Part shown: positions 1 to 8,695 of the stretch, in pieces
How positions within the stretch are numbered: the stretch's first letter is position 1
Layout of the letters: each line of letters opens with the position of its first letter
From: a virus
Taxonomy: Duplodnaviria > Caudoviricetes
Length of the DNA: 64,000 bases
Virus record (IMG/VR): IMGVR_UViG_3300014204_000015
Span: 1 to 64,000 of that record
Direction: 5' to 3' (one strand)
Notes under the pieces: generated by a model
The model's database searches: none
Seen by the model: the letters and a program-made list of their open reading frames with translations, nothing else
What the model was told of the DNA's origin: nothing
Program-made: the position numbers and the translations under genes

Positions 1-143
1 TAGTATTTCTCCATGCCCATCTGGTAGCCGACCGAAATCGTGCGGGCACTGGCAGAAGCAACAGGCAGATGATTGCGAGCAACAGGCGTTTCATGGCTTC
101 TCTCACTACAGAGTCTATTGACAACTATGTCCGATCCTCTGCA

Positions 144-1772
144 TCACGGTGCGGTTTTCGCCGTCACCATCCCGTCCTTGATTGTGATCGTGTTGCCAGC
201 ACCATCGGTAAACGTCGTGTCGATCGGGACGACGGCCTTGCCGGTGTTATCAGTCAGGCTGAGTCCCGTCATGTCATTCGCCAAGAATCGCGGCGTAGCA
301 GCACATGTGGCATTGATCGTGATGGTGTACAGCGTAGCGGGTGCCTGAAATGAGTTTCCGCTAAACAGCAGCGATCCATCAGTATTGTCCACGGTCAAAG
401 CGGACGTGCCGTGTAGCATATTTGACGCGACGAGCACCTCAGACAAATCCTCAAACGTGAAATTGGCGACTCGTAGGTTGTTGCCTGTCACCGACAATCG
501 CACGCCAGTTTTGGCATCCCCGTCAATCAGGAAAGTGTTGCCCCGAATGTCACAATCACTGATTGAAATGCGTGCTGTATTCGCCCCGGCTACAATTGAT
601 GCAGTATCATCAGTTTTGTCCCATTCACACGCATTAAAACACAGAGCATCGTTGATCATAACGACGGCGCCCGCCGCCATGGTAACATCGCAGCCAGTGA
701 CCAGCATTACGTTCGCCGTAACGTCATCCATCGTCATGTTGGAGGAACTCATCGCTATTTCTCCGGCCGTGCCGGTGACGGTGAATGTGTAGAGGCGGCA
801 TCCGGCAATCCCGAGCTTGTACGCCACCGTGCCAGCAATTTCCACGCCCGCGAAACACGAGCCGGTGAACATGGCATTTGTACCAGCTATACTGGGCGCG
901 AATTTGCAAGCATTTGTCTCGACCGTTGTGCCACTAATGTAGGGCAGTTGCCCCGATTCAATGTGGATTGCATACGTGCCGTGCCCGTCTTCGATTGAAC
1001 AGTTTGACACATAAAATCCATAATTCTTAACGACGCGCACTTGATCGTTGTAATTTTCTTCGATCTCGCAGCCCGACATCAATAAATCGTGCGTTTCCGA
1101 ACAGTAAAACCCATAGCCATGGTTAAAACACATCTGACAATCGGAAATGATTTTGTTTTCCGCCCCCTTGGCGGTCGCCGTGGAGATAAACGAAATGCCG
1201 TTGCCGCCGTTGCTGATCGCGTGTACGTTATTCACCTGGTTGTAGTTGCAGTCGGCCATCACTAGGCCGTCACCGCTACGAACCTCGGCAGACGTGTAAT
1301 TGCCCTGGATAAGGAGATCACGAATCTGACATCGGTTCAAACCGTATGTCTGCCCCACGCCGTTGAAATGTATCGCGTGGCCGGCATCGGTTTGGCGGTT
1401 GTTAAGGATCGTCGCTTGCCCCTCTCCTCGAAGCACGCAAGCATTCACGGTTGTGTTGCTAATAGGCGCGTCGAGGTTGTAGGTGCCCGCCAGCAGCAAG
1501 ATCGTTCCACCGGCCGAGGCGTAGGTGTTTTCCTCGGAGGTTTTGACGCTGGTCGCACCTCCGGTCGGCAGAGCAGCGATGGCGGCATTGATTTCCACTT
1601 CGTCAGCCGTCCCGTCACATTTGTAGTTGGCCAGATTTTTCAATGCTGCGGGCGTATCAGATGCCGAGACCGTGAGGGTAGCGTTTCGCTGCCCGACAGC
1701 ATAAATAATCTGAGCCGAGGCCACGGCAGACAACAGCAACCAAGCGGCGAAAATGATTAAAATTCGTTTCAT
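144..1772 (-). CDS. Secreted right-handed beta-helix protein (pectate lyase/tailspike-like)
   Basis: N-terminal signal peptide (MKRILIIFAAWLLLSAVASA); repeated beta-helix rungs (GNYT..GDGL, SNGGNGI, FNHGYGF, IEENY); G..TLLLAGTY and RGEG.AT motifs. Confidence 0.7.
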   Translation of the reverse strand: MKRILIIFAAWLLLSAVASAQIIYAVGQRNATLTVSASDTPAALKNLANYKCDGTADEVEINAAIAALPTGGATSVKTSEENTYASAGGTILLLAGTYNLDAPISNTTVNACVLRGEGQATILNNRQTDAGHAIHFNGVGQTYGLNRCQIRDLLIQGNYTSAEVRSGDGLVMADCNYNQVNNVHAISNGGNGISFISTATAKGAENKIISDCQMCFNHGYGFYCSETHDLLMSGCEIEENYNDQVRVVKNYGFYVSNCSIEDGHGTYAIHIESGQLPYISGTTVETNACKFAPSIAGTNAMFTGSCFAGVEIAGTVAYKLGIAGCRLYTFTVTGTAGEIAMSSSNMTMDDVTANVMLVTGCDVTMAAGAVVMINDALCFNACEWDKTDDTASIVAGANTARISISDCDIRGNTFLIDGDAKTGVRLSVTGNNLRVANFTFEDLSEVLVASNMLHGTSALTVDNTDGSLLFSGNSFQAPATLYTITINATCAATPRFLANDMTGLSLTDNTGKAVVPIDTTFTDGAGNTITIKDGMVTAKTAP

Positions 1773-1869
1773 TGTTTGTCTCCAAAATCACGCTTAGTTG
1801 CGCTGGACTCAGCCCAGCATGGTTCCATGAGGACTCAGCTGGTCCTCGCAAAATTCCAACCAATTATAA

Positions 1870-2160
1870 TCAATCACCTTCCTCGATCCGGTTCGCCCCG
1901 GTCGGGTCGCCCGGTGTCGGGTCTGCCTCGGCGTAATCCTTCTGGTGCCAGCTCTTATCCTCCGCCGTGAACTGGCAGGCGGCATCCTGGTACGTGCCCT
2001 GGTCGGCGGAGTACCACGCCTGGAGGCCCTGGAGGATGGTAGGGAAGTTGGGGTTGGCTACACCTGAGCCACCATAGACATTACTGCCGATGACAGTCTG
2101 AGCCGAAGCCGGGACGGCTAGCAGAAGCCAACAAGCTACTAGGGCGATTATGCGTCTCAT
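1870..2160 (-). CDS. Small secreted protein, possibly a truncated LamG-like/tail-fibre-type domain
   Basis: Signal peptide MRRIIALVACWLLLAVPASA; LQAWYSADQGTYQD motif, then an abrupt low-complexity end. Confidence 0.45.
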   Translation of the reverse strand: MRRIIALVACWLLLAVPASAQTVIGSNVYGGSGVANPNFPTILQGLQAWYSADQGTYQDAACQFTAEDKSWHQKDYAEADPTPGDPTGANRIEEGD

Positions 2161-2170
2161 GTAAATACTC

Positions 2171-2548
2171 CTAACCCTTCACGTGAATTCGTTTCCATTC
2201 GTTGAACTCATCATACGTCTGGAAAGCCACGCAAGGGCGTGACTCAATTAGCCTGGTCATTCCGCTCACGGTCTCAGTATTCAATCGTATGGTCTCGGTT
2301 ACCAAGCCGGTTAAACCCGCCAGCTTGCCGATGACCGCTACGTTTTGTTTTTCTAGGTAATCAATTCGCTTCCCCATCCGCTTCTCTCGCTGCCATCCCG
2401 TCCAAACGAAGAAACCGACCAATACAATAGCCAGCCCCAACCGTTCAATTAGAGCTATCCAATTGTTGGGTAGTCCTTCTTGGGCTATCAAATAAACCCC
2501 TGCGCCCGACACGGCTTGGATCAGATAGGATACGGGGTGGTTTAGCAT
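2171..2548 (-). CDS. Membrane protein, holin-like
   Basis: ATG at 2548 with AAGGGA upstream; hydrophobic segments followed by a charged coiled C-terminus. Confidence 0.45.
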   Translation of the reverse strand: MLNHPVSYLIQAVSGAGVYLIAQEGLPNNWIALIERLGLAIVLVGFFVWTGWQREKRMGKRIDYLEKQNVAVIGKLAGLTGLVTETIRLNTETVSGMTRLIESRPCVAFQTYDEFNEWKRIHVKG

Positions 2549-2561
2549 AGGTTGTATTCCC

Positions 2562-2984
2562 TTAGTCAGCGACAATGAGGCAGCCATACCAAACTCCCCC
2601 CTTAGATCGTGCCAGCCCGTCTCCAAATCGTTTATGAGGTTTACTGACCACTCCCCAATGGCCCTTGGACAGTCGCCAAGCGTCATAAAGGTTCTTCACA
2701 ACTTCCGCTTCGGGGGCGTCGGCTAGGTTCGCATCGGCTTGAGCCGATACCTCCACTGCTCGCATGTTCAATTGCTGCCGTATCTTCGCGTAGCGTTCAT
2801 CCCAATCAGGGTGACCGTCCCATCGGTAGCCTTTCGGCCCTTTCTTGGCTAGCAGCTTAGCACAATCTTCGGCCAGGCTGACTAACAACTCATCTTGAAT
2901 CCCTTCATAAAATCGCACCCCCGGATAGAGCCTCCCCCAGGCTACTAGGGGAGACTCGTCCGGTGGGGGCAGCACTTTACTCAT
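2562..2984 (-). CDS. Hypothetical protein
   Basis: 140-aa ORF, start overlaps the upstream stop. Confidence 0.6.
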   Translation of the reverse strand: MSKVLPPPDESPLVAWGRLYPGVRFYEGIQDELLVSLAEDCAKLLAKKGPKGYRWDGHPDWDERYAKIRQQLNMRAVEVSAQADANLADAPEAEVVKNLYDAWRLSKGHWGVVSKPHKRFGDGLARSKGGVWYGCLIVAD

Positions 2985-3721
2985 TCACCAAATCCTAAGT
3001 CAACGGCCGTCTGGAGGGCAATTGCCCCATAGTCGAAGTTGATCTCGGAGATACGCTTCTCGTGGAAGCCACTACCGTTGTAGTAGTCACTTCCGTAGGA
3101 ACCGCAGACCTTCACAATCTTGCCAGGCTTCAGACCCACTAGCAACTCGGAATGACCAGCCCAGCCAACAACTACGGGATGTGTCTTGAGGAGAGCAGAG
3201 CCTACCTCATCAATGTTCTCGCAGTCGAGACCCTCAAGGGGCTTATACATCTCCGCAGCAGCGTAGGCCTCTTCCGAGGGCTTCTTGTTCGGCCCCTGGG
3301 TACGGGACCAGACTTCCTCTGGACAGCAGCCTATCTTCTGGAGGAGAGTGAAATTCTCGTCAATCGAGGTTCCTACCCTCGGGCCTCCCCGCCAGTTCAC
3401 TGCGATACCATAGGCGAACCACGGATTGAACTTGGGCACAATCACATCGGCTCCATGGATCAATCGCAGCATCGTTTCGAGGGCCTTATGCCAGCTCTCC
3501 ATTGCGCAAGAGCCGTAGCCGTCCTGGTCGTAAAAGTCTCCGATACGATCACCGAAGTCTACGCAACCTCCCGGGAGCGTAGCTAAGATGGCATCCCATT
3601 CGGCTGAGGGAATAACCTCTAGCTTGTTCTTGGCCAGGGAACATACCGTACCGGCCTTGAACTTTCGCGGGAGGCAACCCGTAGCCCTCGGTTGTCTTGG
3701 AGACCAAATCTGATTACTCAT
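2981..3721 (-). CDS. Papain-like cysteine peptidase (C1 family)
   Basis: DQDGYGSC (Gln/Cys), G.CPE..W, HPVVVG...GHSELLVG (His); GSYG where NSWG is usual. Confidence 0.75.
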   Translation of the reverse strand: MSNQIWSPRQPRATGCLPRKFKAGTVCSLAKNKLEVIPSAEWDAILATLPGGCVDFGDRIGDFYDQDGYGSCAMESWHKALETMLRLIHGADVIVPKFNPWFAYGIAVNWRGGPRVGTSIDENFTLLQKIGCCPEEVWSRTQGPNKKPSEEAYAAAEMYKPLEGLDCENIDEVGSALLKTHPVVVGWAGHSELLVGLKPGKIVKVCGSYGSDYYNGSGFHEKRISEINFDYGAIALQTAVDLGFGE

Positions 3722-4533
3722 TTCAGGGCCTCCTGTACCTTGGCTAGGGCTTCAGCGGGAGTCGCAGGTAACTCAACGGCGGAAACGAAGTAGGGGGATG
3801 ACAACTTGTTGACTTGATCCGGTAGGACAGTTACCAGTAGGGCAGGCAGCTGTAGGCCTAGCTCCGTTACCTTGGCCTTGTACGGGGCTCCCCAGTTTCC
3901 CTGGGTCGGCGTATCCGGGTCTAGTAGCCGGTAGCGGTGGAGCGGTAATGTCCGCAAGTGGTTGTCCAGGGAGCGGATAACTACCGCCTGGAGGGGCGTT
4001 ATCTCCTGTGCCTCCGACAGTACCAATACTAGCCGTGTTCCCTTTGGTATTGGCCCTGGTTCCGGCTCGGGCTGCGGGTCGGGGAAAGGGTCGGGCTTGT
4101 CGCCCTCCACCACGACAATCGCTTCAACTAACTGGTTTTGGCCGAAGTTCCAATCCACTAGCACCCGGTACTCGCCCGGGTCGGCCACGCCGAAAGTGAG
4201 TTGGGGTCTCATCGTAGCTCCCTGCGGCGAGAAGACAATAGTGCCTTCTACATCCAGCGGGGTCATGGCATTTCCCGGCATAGCTACGTAGGCGAACATC
4301 CGGTCATCGCCTGTAAGCCATTTCAGCTGATCGACCAGAGGCTTGCTTAGATCAATCGCGGGGGTACCTACAAGACGGAAGGTAAGCACCTCTCCGCTCT
4401 CGGCCTTCTCGGGCCCTGTAATGCTAATCGGTTCGGCAGCAGCCGCCTGCTCGGGGCCAAAGCCTTCTACTTTGAGTTCTTGGGCATAAGCCGGGAGAGC
4501 CAGCAGCACCAAGACGATCCAGAAGTGTTTCAT
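3718..4533 (-). CDS. Secreted protein with Pro-rich linker and possible thioredoxin-like C-terminal domain
   Basis: AGGAGCGA RBS before ATG 4533; signal peptide MKHFWIVLVLLALPAYA; PDPFPDPQPEPEPGP linker. Confidence 0.6.
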   Translation of the reverse strand: MKHFWIVLVLLALPAYAQELKVEGFGPEQAAAAEPISITGPEKAESGEVLTFRLVGTPAIDLSKPLVDQLKWLTGDDRMFAYVAMPGNAMTPLDVEGTIVFSPQGATMRPQLTFGVADPGEYRVLVDWNFGQNQLVEAIVVVEGDKPDPFPDPQPEPEPGPIPKGTRLVLVLSEAQEITPLQAVVIRSLDNHLRTLPLHRYRLLDPDTPTQGNWGAPYKAKVTELGLQLPALLVTVLPDQVNKLSSPYFVSAVELPATPAEALAKVQEALK

Positions 4534-4580
4534 TGTTTCGCTCCTACCTGAGGTAGGGAATCGGGGTGAGCCGGTTCCGT

Positions 4581-4874
4581 TTAGCCCATGAACATCATAA
4601 TGATGGGCATGAGCTTCTCGAAGAAAGCAATGAGAGCAGCGAAGAACGCTGCCCAATCTCGCTTGTCTTCGGTCAAGCACAGCTCCATCTCATCGGGGTT
4701 CTGGGCCGCAATCTCGATGGCGATAGCCGTAGCAATCTCGTTGGGGGTCATATCCTTGTTGATGATTCCCCGCCGTCGAAGGCTACGGGCAATCTTGATG
4801 CCGTTCCAACGGTTCGCTCCGAGTCGCCTCAGATGCTTGTCACTGATCGGTCGAATGGCTTCTACGGTACTCAT
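4581..4874 (-). CDS. Hypothetical protein with hydrophobic C-terminus
   Basis: AGGAGCGT RBS; C-terminal WAAFFAALIAFFEKLMPIIMMF. Confidence 0.65.
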   Translation of the reverse strand: MSTVEAIRPISDKHLRRLGANRWNGIKIARSLRRRGIINKDMTPNEIATAIAIEIAAQNPDEMELCLTEDKRDWAAFFAALIAFFEKLMPIIMMFMG

Positions 4875-4875
4875 G

Positions 4876-5157
4876 TCACGCTCCTTTAGTTGTTGAAATG
4901 TTTACGCCAATGGGAATCTCGGTGTCTTTGACTTTGAGATTGATGTCTGCCCCGTTCTTCTCGATGGCCTGAGCCAATCGGTTGGCAATGACGAGAAGAT
5001 CATTGAGAGCCTCCCCAGCATCCTGGAGAAGATCAATAAGCACGTCAGCTTTAATAATCAGCTCCCGGGTTTCGTCCAGGGTCTTATCGCCCTTGGCCGC
5101 TAGCTGTCGAGCCCGGTACATCGTCTCCAACGCTTCTCGTCTCAATCGGCCCGGCAT
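4876..5157 (-). CDS. Hypothetical coiled-coil protein
   Basis: 93-aa ORF in tight operon packing. Confidence 0.55.
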   Translation of the reverse strand: MPGRLRREALETMYRARQLAAKGDKTLDETRELIIKADVLIDLLQDAGEALNDLLVIANRLAQAIEKNGADINLKVKDTEIPIGVNISTTKGA

Positions 5158-5636
5158 GTTTCCACTCCCTTAAATTTGGGACCCAAGAGCATCACTGCCC
5201 TGCGGATCAGGTTGGCCCGGGTCTCGGGAGCCCCGTTGGCTAAACAACCGTCATGAAGGTAGTTATGGCAGACTGGAGAATCCAACTGATACTTACCGTC
5301 AATATCGGGAGTACATAGCCAATCGTGGATAACAAACGCGGGCAAGCAATCGGGTTGATCAGGAGGGTACAGCCACCAGAACAAAAACGGGATACTACCG
5401 CCGTTGAAAATGAATCCAGCTTTAACCAAAATATGCCTGCGCATCCCACCCACATTGGGCCGAGTAACGTAGAGGATATCTTGGAGGAGTTCATACTGAG
5501 GAACCTTGACCCAGAAGAAAATCCAACCTAGAATACCTTGGAGGGGTTTCCCCTCTAAGTGACACAAATGCACCCGTTGGAACTTTAGAGGCTCCAGGGT
5601 CTTTGGGTCAGCAAAGTATCCGAAGGGATATTCCAT
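5142..5636 (-). CDS. DUF1353-like protein
   Basis: GFIFNGGSIP and AFVIHDWLC motifs. Confidence 0.7.
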   Translation of the reverse strand: MEYPFGYFADPKTLEPLKFQRVHLCHLEGKPLQGILGWIFFWVKVPQYELLQDILYVTRPNVGGMRRHILVKAGFIFNGGSIPFLFWWLYPPDQPDCLPAFVIHDWLCTPDIDGKYQLDSPVCHNYLHDGCLANGAPETRANLIRRAVMLLGPKFKGVETCRAD

Positions 5637-6007
5637 CAGGTCTCAATCGGCGGTAGTGTATCGCTGTAACGCTGAAGACCTACACTGCGGCGGAATCGAG
5701 TAGCCTTGATGCCAGCTACTTTCGAGAATGAGACAACCTTGTACAAATCCGTCACCGGAGAAGGTAGGCTACTCAAACTACCTAGCCACATCAAACTCCC
5801 AACCTCGATGTCCTGGTTAACAACGGCCTTAGAATCCAAACGAATCGTTTCGCCAGCTTCACTTAGGCCTTGGCTCTCGGCCTCTACCCAGCGTACACTG
5901 ATCTCAGCAGCCGCCTTGACTTTCGCCTTCCCCGTAGAGGTAGCGGTTGTCCCCAGCTCCCAGAGAACTGCTTTCTGAAGACGGCTAGCTGACTCGATGT
6001 AAACCAT
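5636..6007 (-). CDS. Head-closure/head-tail adaptor protein
   Basis: Position after connector; TGATG coupling; beta-rich Q.AVLW..G...G motif. Confidence 0.55.
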   Translation of the reverse strand: MVYIESASRLQKAVLWELGTTATSTGKAKVKAAAEISVRWVEAESQGLSEAGETIRLDSKAVVNQDIEVGSLMWLGSLSSLPSPVTDLYKVVSFSKVAGIKATRFRRSVGLQRYSDTLPPIET

Positions 6008-6417
6008 CAATCTCGATCCGTGTAGTTGGTTTGGTCGCTCGGAACCTTACCTAACCAAGTCATACCCGCCTTGACAGCCCCCTTACTGATCTTTCGGAGG
6101 TAGCCCGTCGTGTCGAGCATCATGGCGTCTTGGCCAGGCCGCGTACGCTCAAGCCCTTGACCAAACTGACCCGTGTATTTACCTGAGGCCCCTTCGGTGC
6201 TCTCGCTTTCCAGCCCATGATCACGAGTCTCATAGAAGTGCCTGGCAAGGCAATTCTCGATGTCGATGAGATCCAGAGCCGAAAGTTCAGCCGACGTATC
6301 CTTGGCCGCAACCTTATTGGTAAGGTTATTGGCTAGGGTGATGAACGGGTCCAGGCTGATAGTCGTATCGTAATCACGGATCAGCGGGGTAACGTCCCCA
6401 GAGACTACTCGGGCCAT
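6007..6417 (-). CDS. Head-tail connector (adaptor) protein
   Basis: Position after capsid genes; L.RHFY..R...SES..GAS..Y.G...GL..T..GQ.A..LD.TG.L pattern. Confidence 0.65.
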   Translation of the reverse strand: MARVVSGDVTPLIRDYDTTISLDPFITLANNLTNKVAAKDTSAELSALDLIDIENCLARHFYETRDHGLESESTEGASGKYTGQFGQGLERTRPGQDAMMLDTTGYLRKISKGAVKAGMTWLGKVPSDQTNYTDRD

Positions 6418-6423
6418 GGTAGG

Positions 6424-6786
6424 CTACTCCTCAATCTGAGATCGGATAGCCTTGAGAATATCGGCCTTCCGGCTTGCGTTGCTCAGGTCGATACCGTTCT
6501 GGCCAGCTAACTCACGCAGCTCAGCTACGGTCAGGCCCTCGAATACGTCGGTGGTAGGGGCATCCGCTTCGGTTTCCTGGAGGATACCCGGGGCTGATTC
6601 GGTGGTCATTGGGGCGTCGTCGGGAAGCCGTTCAAACATTCGGGATTGGGGGCGATTGTACCGCTTGACCAAGTCAATGGTACTCTCAACCACTTCACCC
6701 CGCTTGGTGGTGACAACCGTAATGTCGCGGCTGTCGGTGCCCCGGACGTAAGAATGGTACTTGCCTTGAAGAACTCGGAATTTCAT
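6424..6786 (-). CDS. Small protein with C-terminal Rho-N/HeH-like domain
   Basis: LTVAELRELAGQNGIDLSNASRKADILKAI; AGGAGCGA RBS. Confidence 0.65.
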   Translation of the reverse strand: MKFRVLQGKYHSYVRGTDSRDITVVTTKRGEVVESTIDLVKRYNRPQSRMFERLPDDAPMTTESAPGILQETEADAPTTDVFEGLTVAELRELAGQNGIDLSNASRKADILKAIRSQIEE

Positions 6787-6818
6787 AGAATCGCTCCTAA
6801 CCGCTATTTAGAAAGGGG

Positions 6819-6858
6819 GCCCTCCCCGTCCCCTAGCGGCAGAGAGGACAGGGAGGGC
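6819..6858 (-). terminator. Strong GC hairpin downstream of the major capsid gene (terminator or stabiliser)
   Basis: GCCCTCCCTGTCCTCT-CTGCCGCT-AGGGGACGGGGAGGGC on the minus strand; weak U tract. Confidence 0.45.
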
Positions 6859-6890
6859 GGCACTGGCGTGGATCGAACCCTAGGCCGGGG

Positions 6891-8090
6891 TTAGGTTACA
6901 CTCTCGTGGTTGATACCGGAGGCTCCGTTGTAGTCGGCTCGAATCTGCGGAGCCATGATGCACATCACCTTGAAGTTGAGTTGCATCCCGCCTCTCGACG
7001 GCCACTGGAGAATCCGAATGGGCATACCGATGACAGCCCGGGCACACTCGGGATTGCCGAGGGAAACCATCAACAGATCGAAGGTTCCGCCCGTATCCGT
7101 CGGGGTAAGGTAGTCGGCTCGGCGCACGTCCTGAATGCCCTCGATTGCCTTGAGGCGTTCGCGGAGGGTACGTGTGGGGGCCGTTGCACCGGTGGTGGCG
7201 AGAACGAAGTAATCGTCATCCAGCTTGGCGTCCCAGTCCGTTCCGTTGTAGATAACGTACGGGCCCATGAAGCCATCGGTGTACAGGGTACTTCGCATGG
7301 TGAGAATCTCACTCAACGTCGTATCCGGGTTGGAGCCCGTCGGTGCCGTGAGGTTGGTACCGTAGTTGCGGGCAGGGTGATTGGTATAACCATAGACCGT
7401 CGGGGCTCGGCCGTAGTTGGCTGTGGTCCCGTAGGTCAATCCCGTGGTCGTTCCAATCGTGGTCTTCTCGATTGTCTCGGCTACCCTTCGGCCGATGATG
7501 GAGGCCATCAACGTCGAGAGGGGCTGACCACTCTTGCGGCTGATAGCCAGCTTGCGCTCGGAGAAGTGGAAATTCCCATAGGTGATCGGGAGGGGCAACC
7601 CTTCCAACTGGTACAGGACCGAATCCGCTCGGCCGTCGGAGAGACCATCCATGTCCACCTGGGCTTCTCCCGGGTCGTTGATGGTCTCGTGTTCGAGAAT
7701 CTCGCTGCTCATACCATCGAGCGTATAGGTATTCGCGGCGGCAAGGTCAGACCAAACCCGCAGACGGGGGCGGGCAGCCTCAACCACGGCACGGTCGAAA
7801 CTGATCCATTCGTCCTTGCGGAGAATCGTGGCGTTCGTGAGGTAGAGGGTGGGGGCGTCGTAGCCCCGGAACCTCGCTTCATTGAGCGTCATCTTCTCAT
7901 AGGTCGTGACGTCTCGGCCTTTGGTGGCGTCGTAGTGGCGACCGACGTTCACGGTAACGCACTTGTTACCTTCGCGGTCAACGTAGGGCTGGTACAAACC
8001 GGAGTTGTACCCACTCTCGGCAAACTCGTTGGCGACATCCCCGAGAGGTTTGCCATCGAGAATGACATCTTGCTTCACAGCAGGTTCCAT
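6891..8090 (-). CDS. Major capsid protein (HK97 fold, linocin/encapsulin-like family)
   Basis: 399 aa; LRKDEW..FD.AVVEAAR.RL, LPLPIT..NF....R.L..SR, YGYTNHP.R, PQIRAD.NG.SGI motifs; synteny. Confidence 0.85.
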   Translation of the reverse strand: MEPAVKQDVILDGKPLGDVANEFAESGYNSGLYQPYVDREGNKCVTVNVGRHYDATKGRDVTTYEKMTLNEARFRGYDAPTLYLTNATILRKDEWISFDRAVVEAARPRLRVWSDLAAANTYTLDGMSSEILEHETINDPGEAQVDMDGLSDGRADSVLYQLEGLPLPITYGNFHFSERKLAISRKSGQPLSTLMASIIGRRVAETIEKTTIGTTTGLTYGTTANYGRAPTVYGYTNHPARNYGTNLTAPTGSNPDTTLSEILTMRSTLYTDGFMGPYVIYNGTDWDAKLDDDYFVLATTGATAPTRTLRERLKAIEGIQDVRRADYLTPTDTGGTFDLLMVSLGNPECARAVIGMPIRILQWPSRGGMQLNFKVMCIMAPQIRADYNGASGINHESVT

Positions 8091-8153
8091 ATTGTTTCTC
8101 CTTCAGAAGTGAGTAGGCCTAAGCCTGAATGTTCGTTGGTGGGGGTGAAGGCC

Positions 8154-8633
8154 TTAGCACTTCATAACGTGGCACATGGTACCCGCAGCCACCACATCGG
8201 TGAGGGCTTCACAGGCCATGAACGGTTCCTGTTCGGGGCTTCCCGTCGTGTCGATGAGGAGGCCATCACCGTCGTTAACGATGGCGAGGTCCCCTACCGC
8301 AACCGAATCGGTCGTGGCTGTACCCGCAGCAGCCCAGAGCAAGTTCAATTCGTCTGCCGGGAGCGGGCAATACAAGAACCCGTGGTCACCGTTGGCGTAG
8401 GCCGTGGCGTAGGTGTAGCCTTCGCCCTTCTCCAGGAGCACGAAGAGAGGCCCTTGGGTGTTGTCACCGTCGGCATCCCGGTTGAACGCTTCAAAGGTGA
8501 AGTGGCCATTCCCGTCGATGGCGGTGTCAGCTTTGATCTGCATGATTGTGCCAGGAAGGGGAGTACCAGAGATGGTACCTTCGAGGAACCGCCCTTTGGG
8601 TTCCCCGGTGATCAGGACTCGCGAGCCTTTCAT
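8154..8633 (-). CDS. Capsid decoration/cement protein
   Basis: 159 aa between protease and MCP; EG.ISGTPLPGT.MQ motif. Confidence 0.6.
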   Translation of the reverse strand: MKGSRVLITGEPKGRFLEGTISGTPLPGTIMQIKADTAIDGNGHFTFEAFNRDADGDNTQGPLFVLLEKGEGYTYATAYANGDHGFLYCPLPADELNLLWAAAGTATTDSVAVGDLAIVNDGDGLLIDTTGSPEQEPFMACEALTDVVAAGTMCHVMKC

Positions 8634-8695
8634 GGGCTTTTCTCCTTAAATGGATCGTACTAGTTGAGTGTTCGAGGGGTAGCCGGAAAGGCTAA

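Noticed and set aside
1657-1863. 68-aa minus-strand ORF as a frameshifted continuation of 1870-2160
   Set aside because: No RBS or domain continuity; it overlaps the well-supported start of the 542-aa gene.
6906-8663. 585-aa plus-strand ORF
   Set aside because: Antisense shadow of the capsid and decoration genes caused by codon bias; no motifs or RBS.
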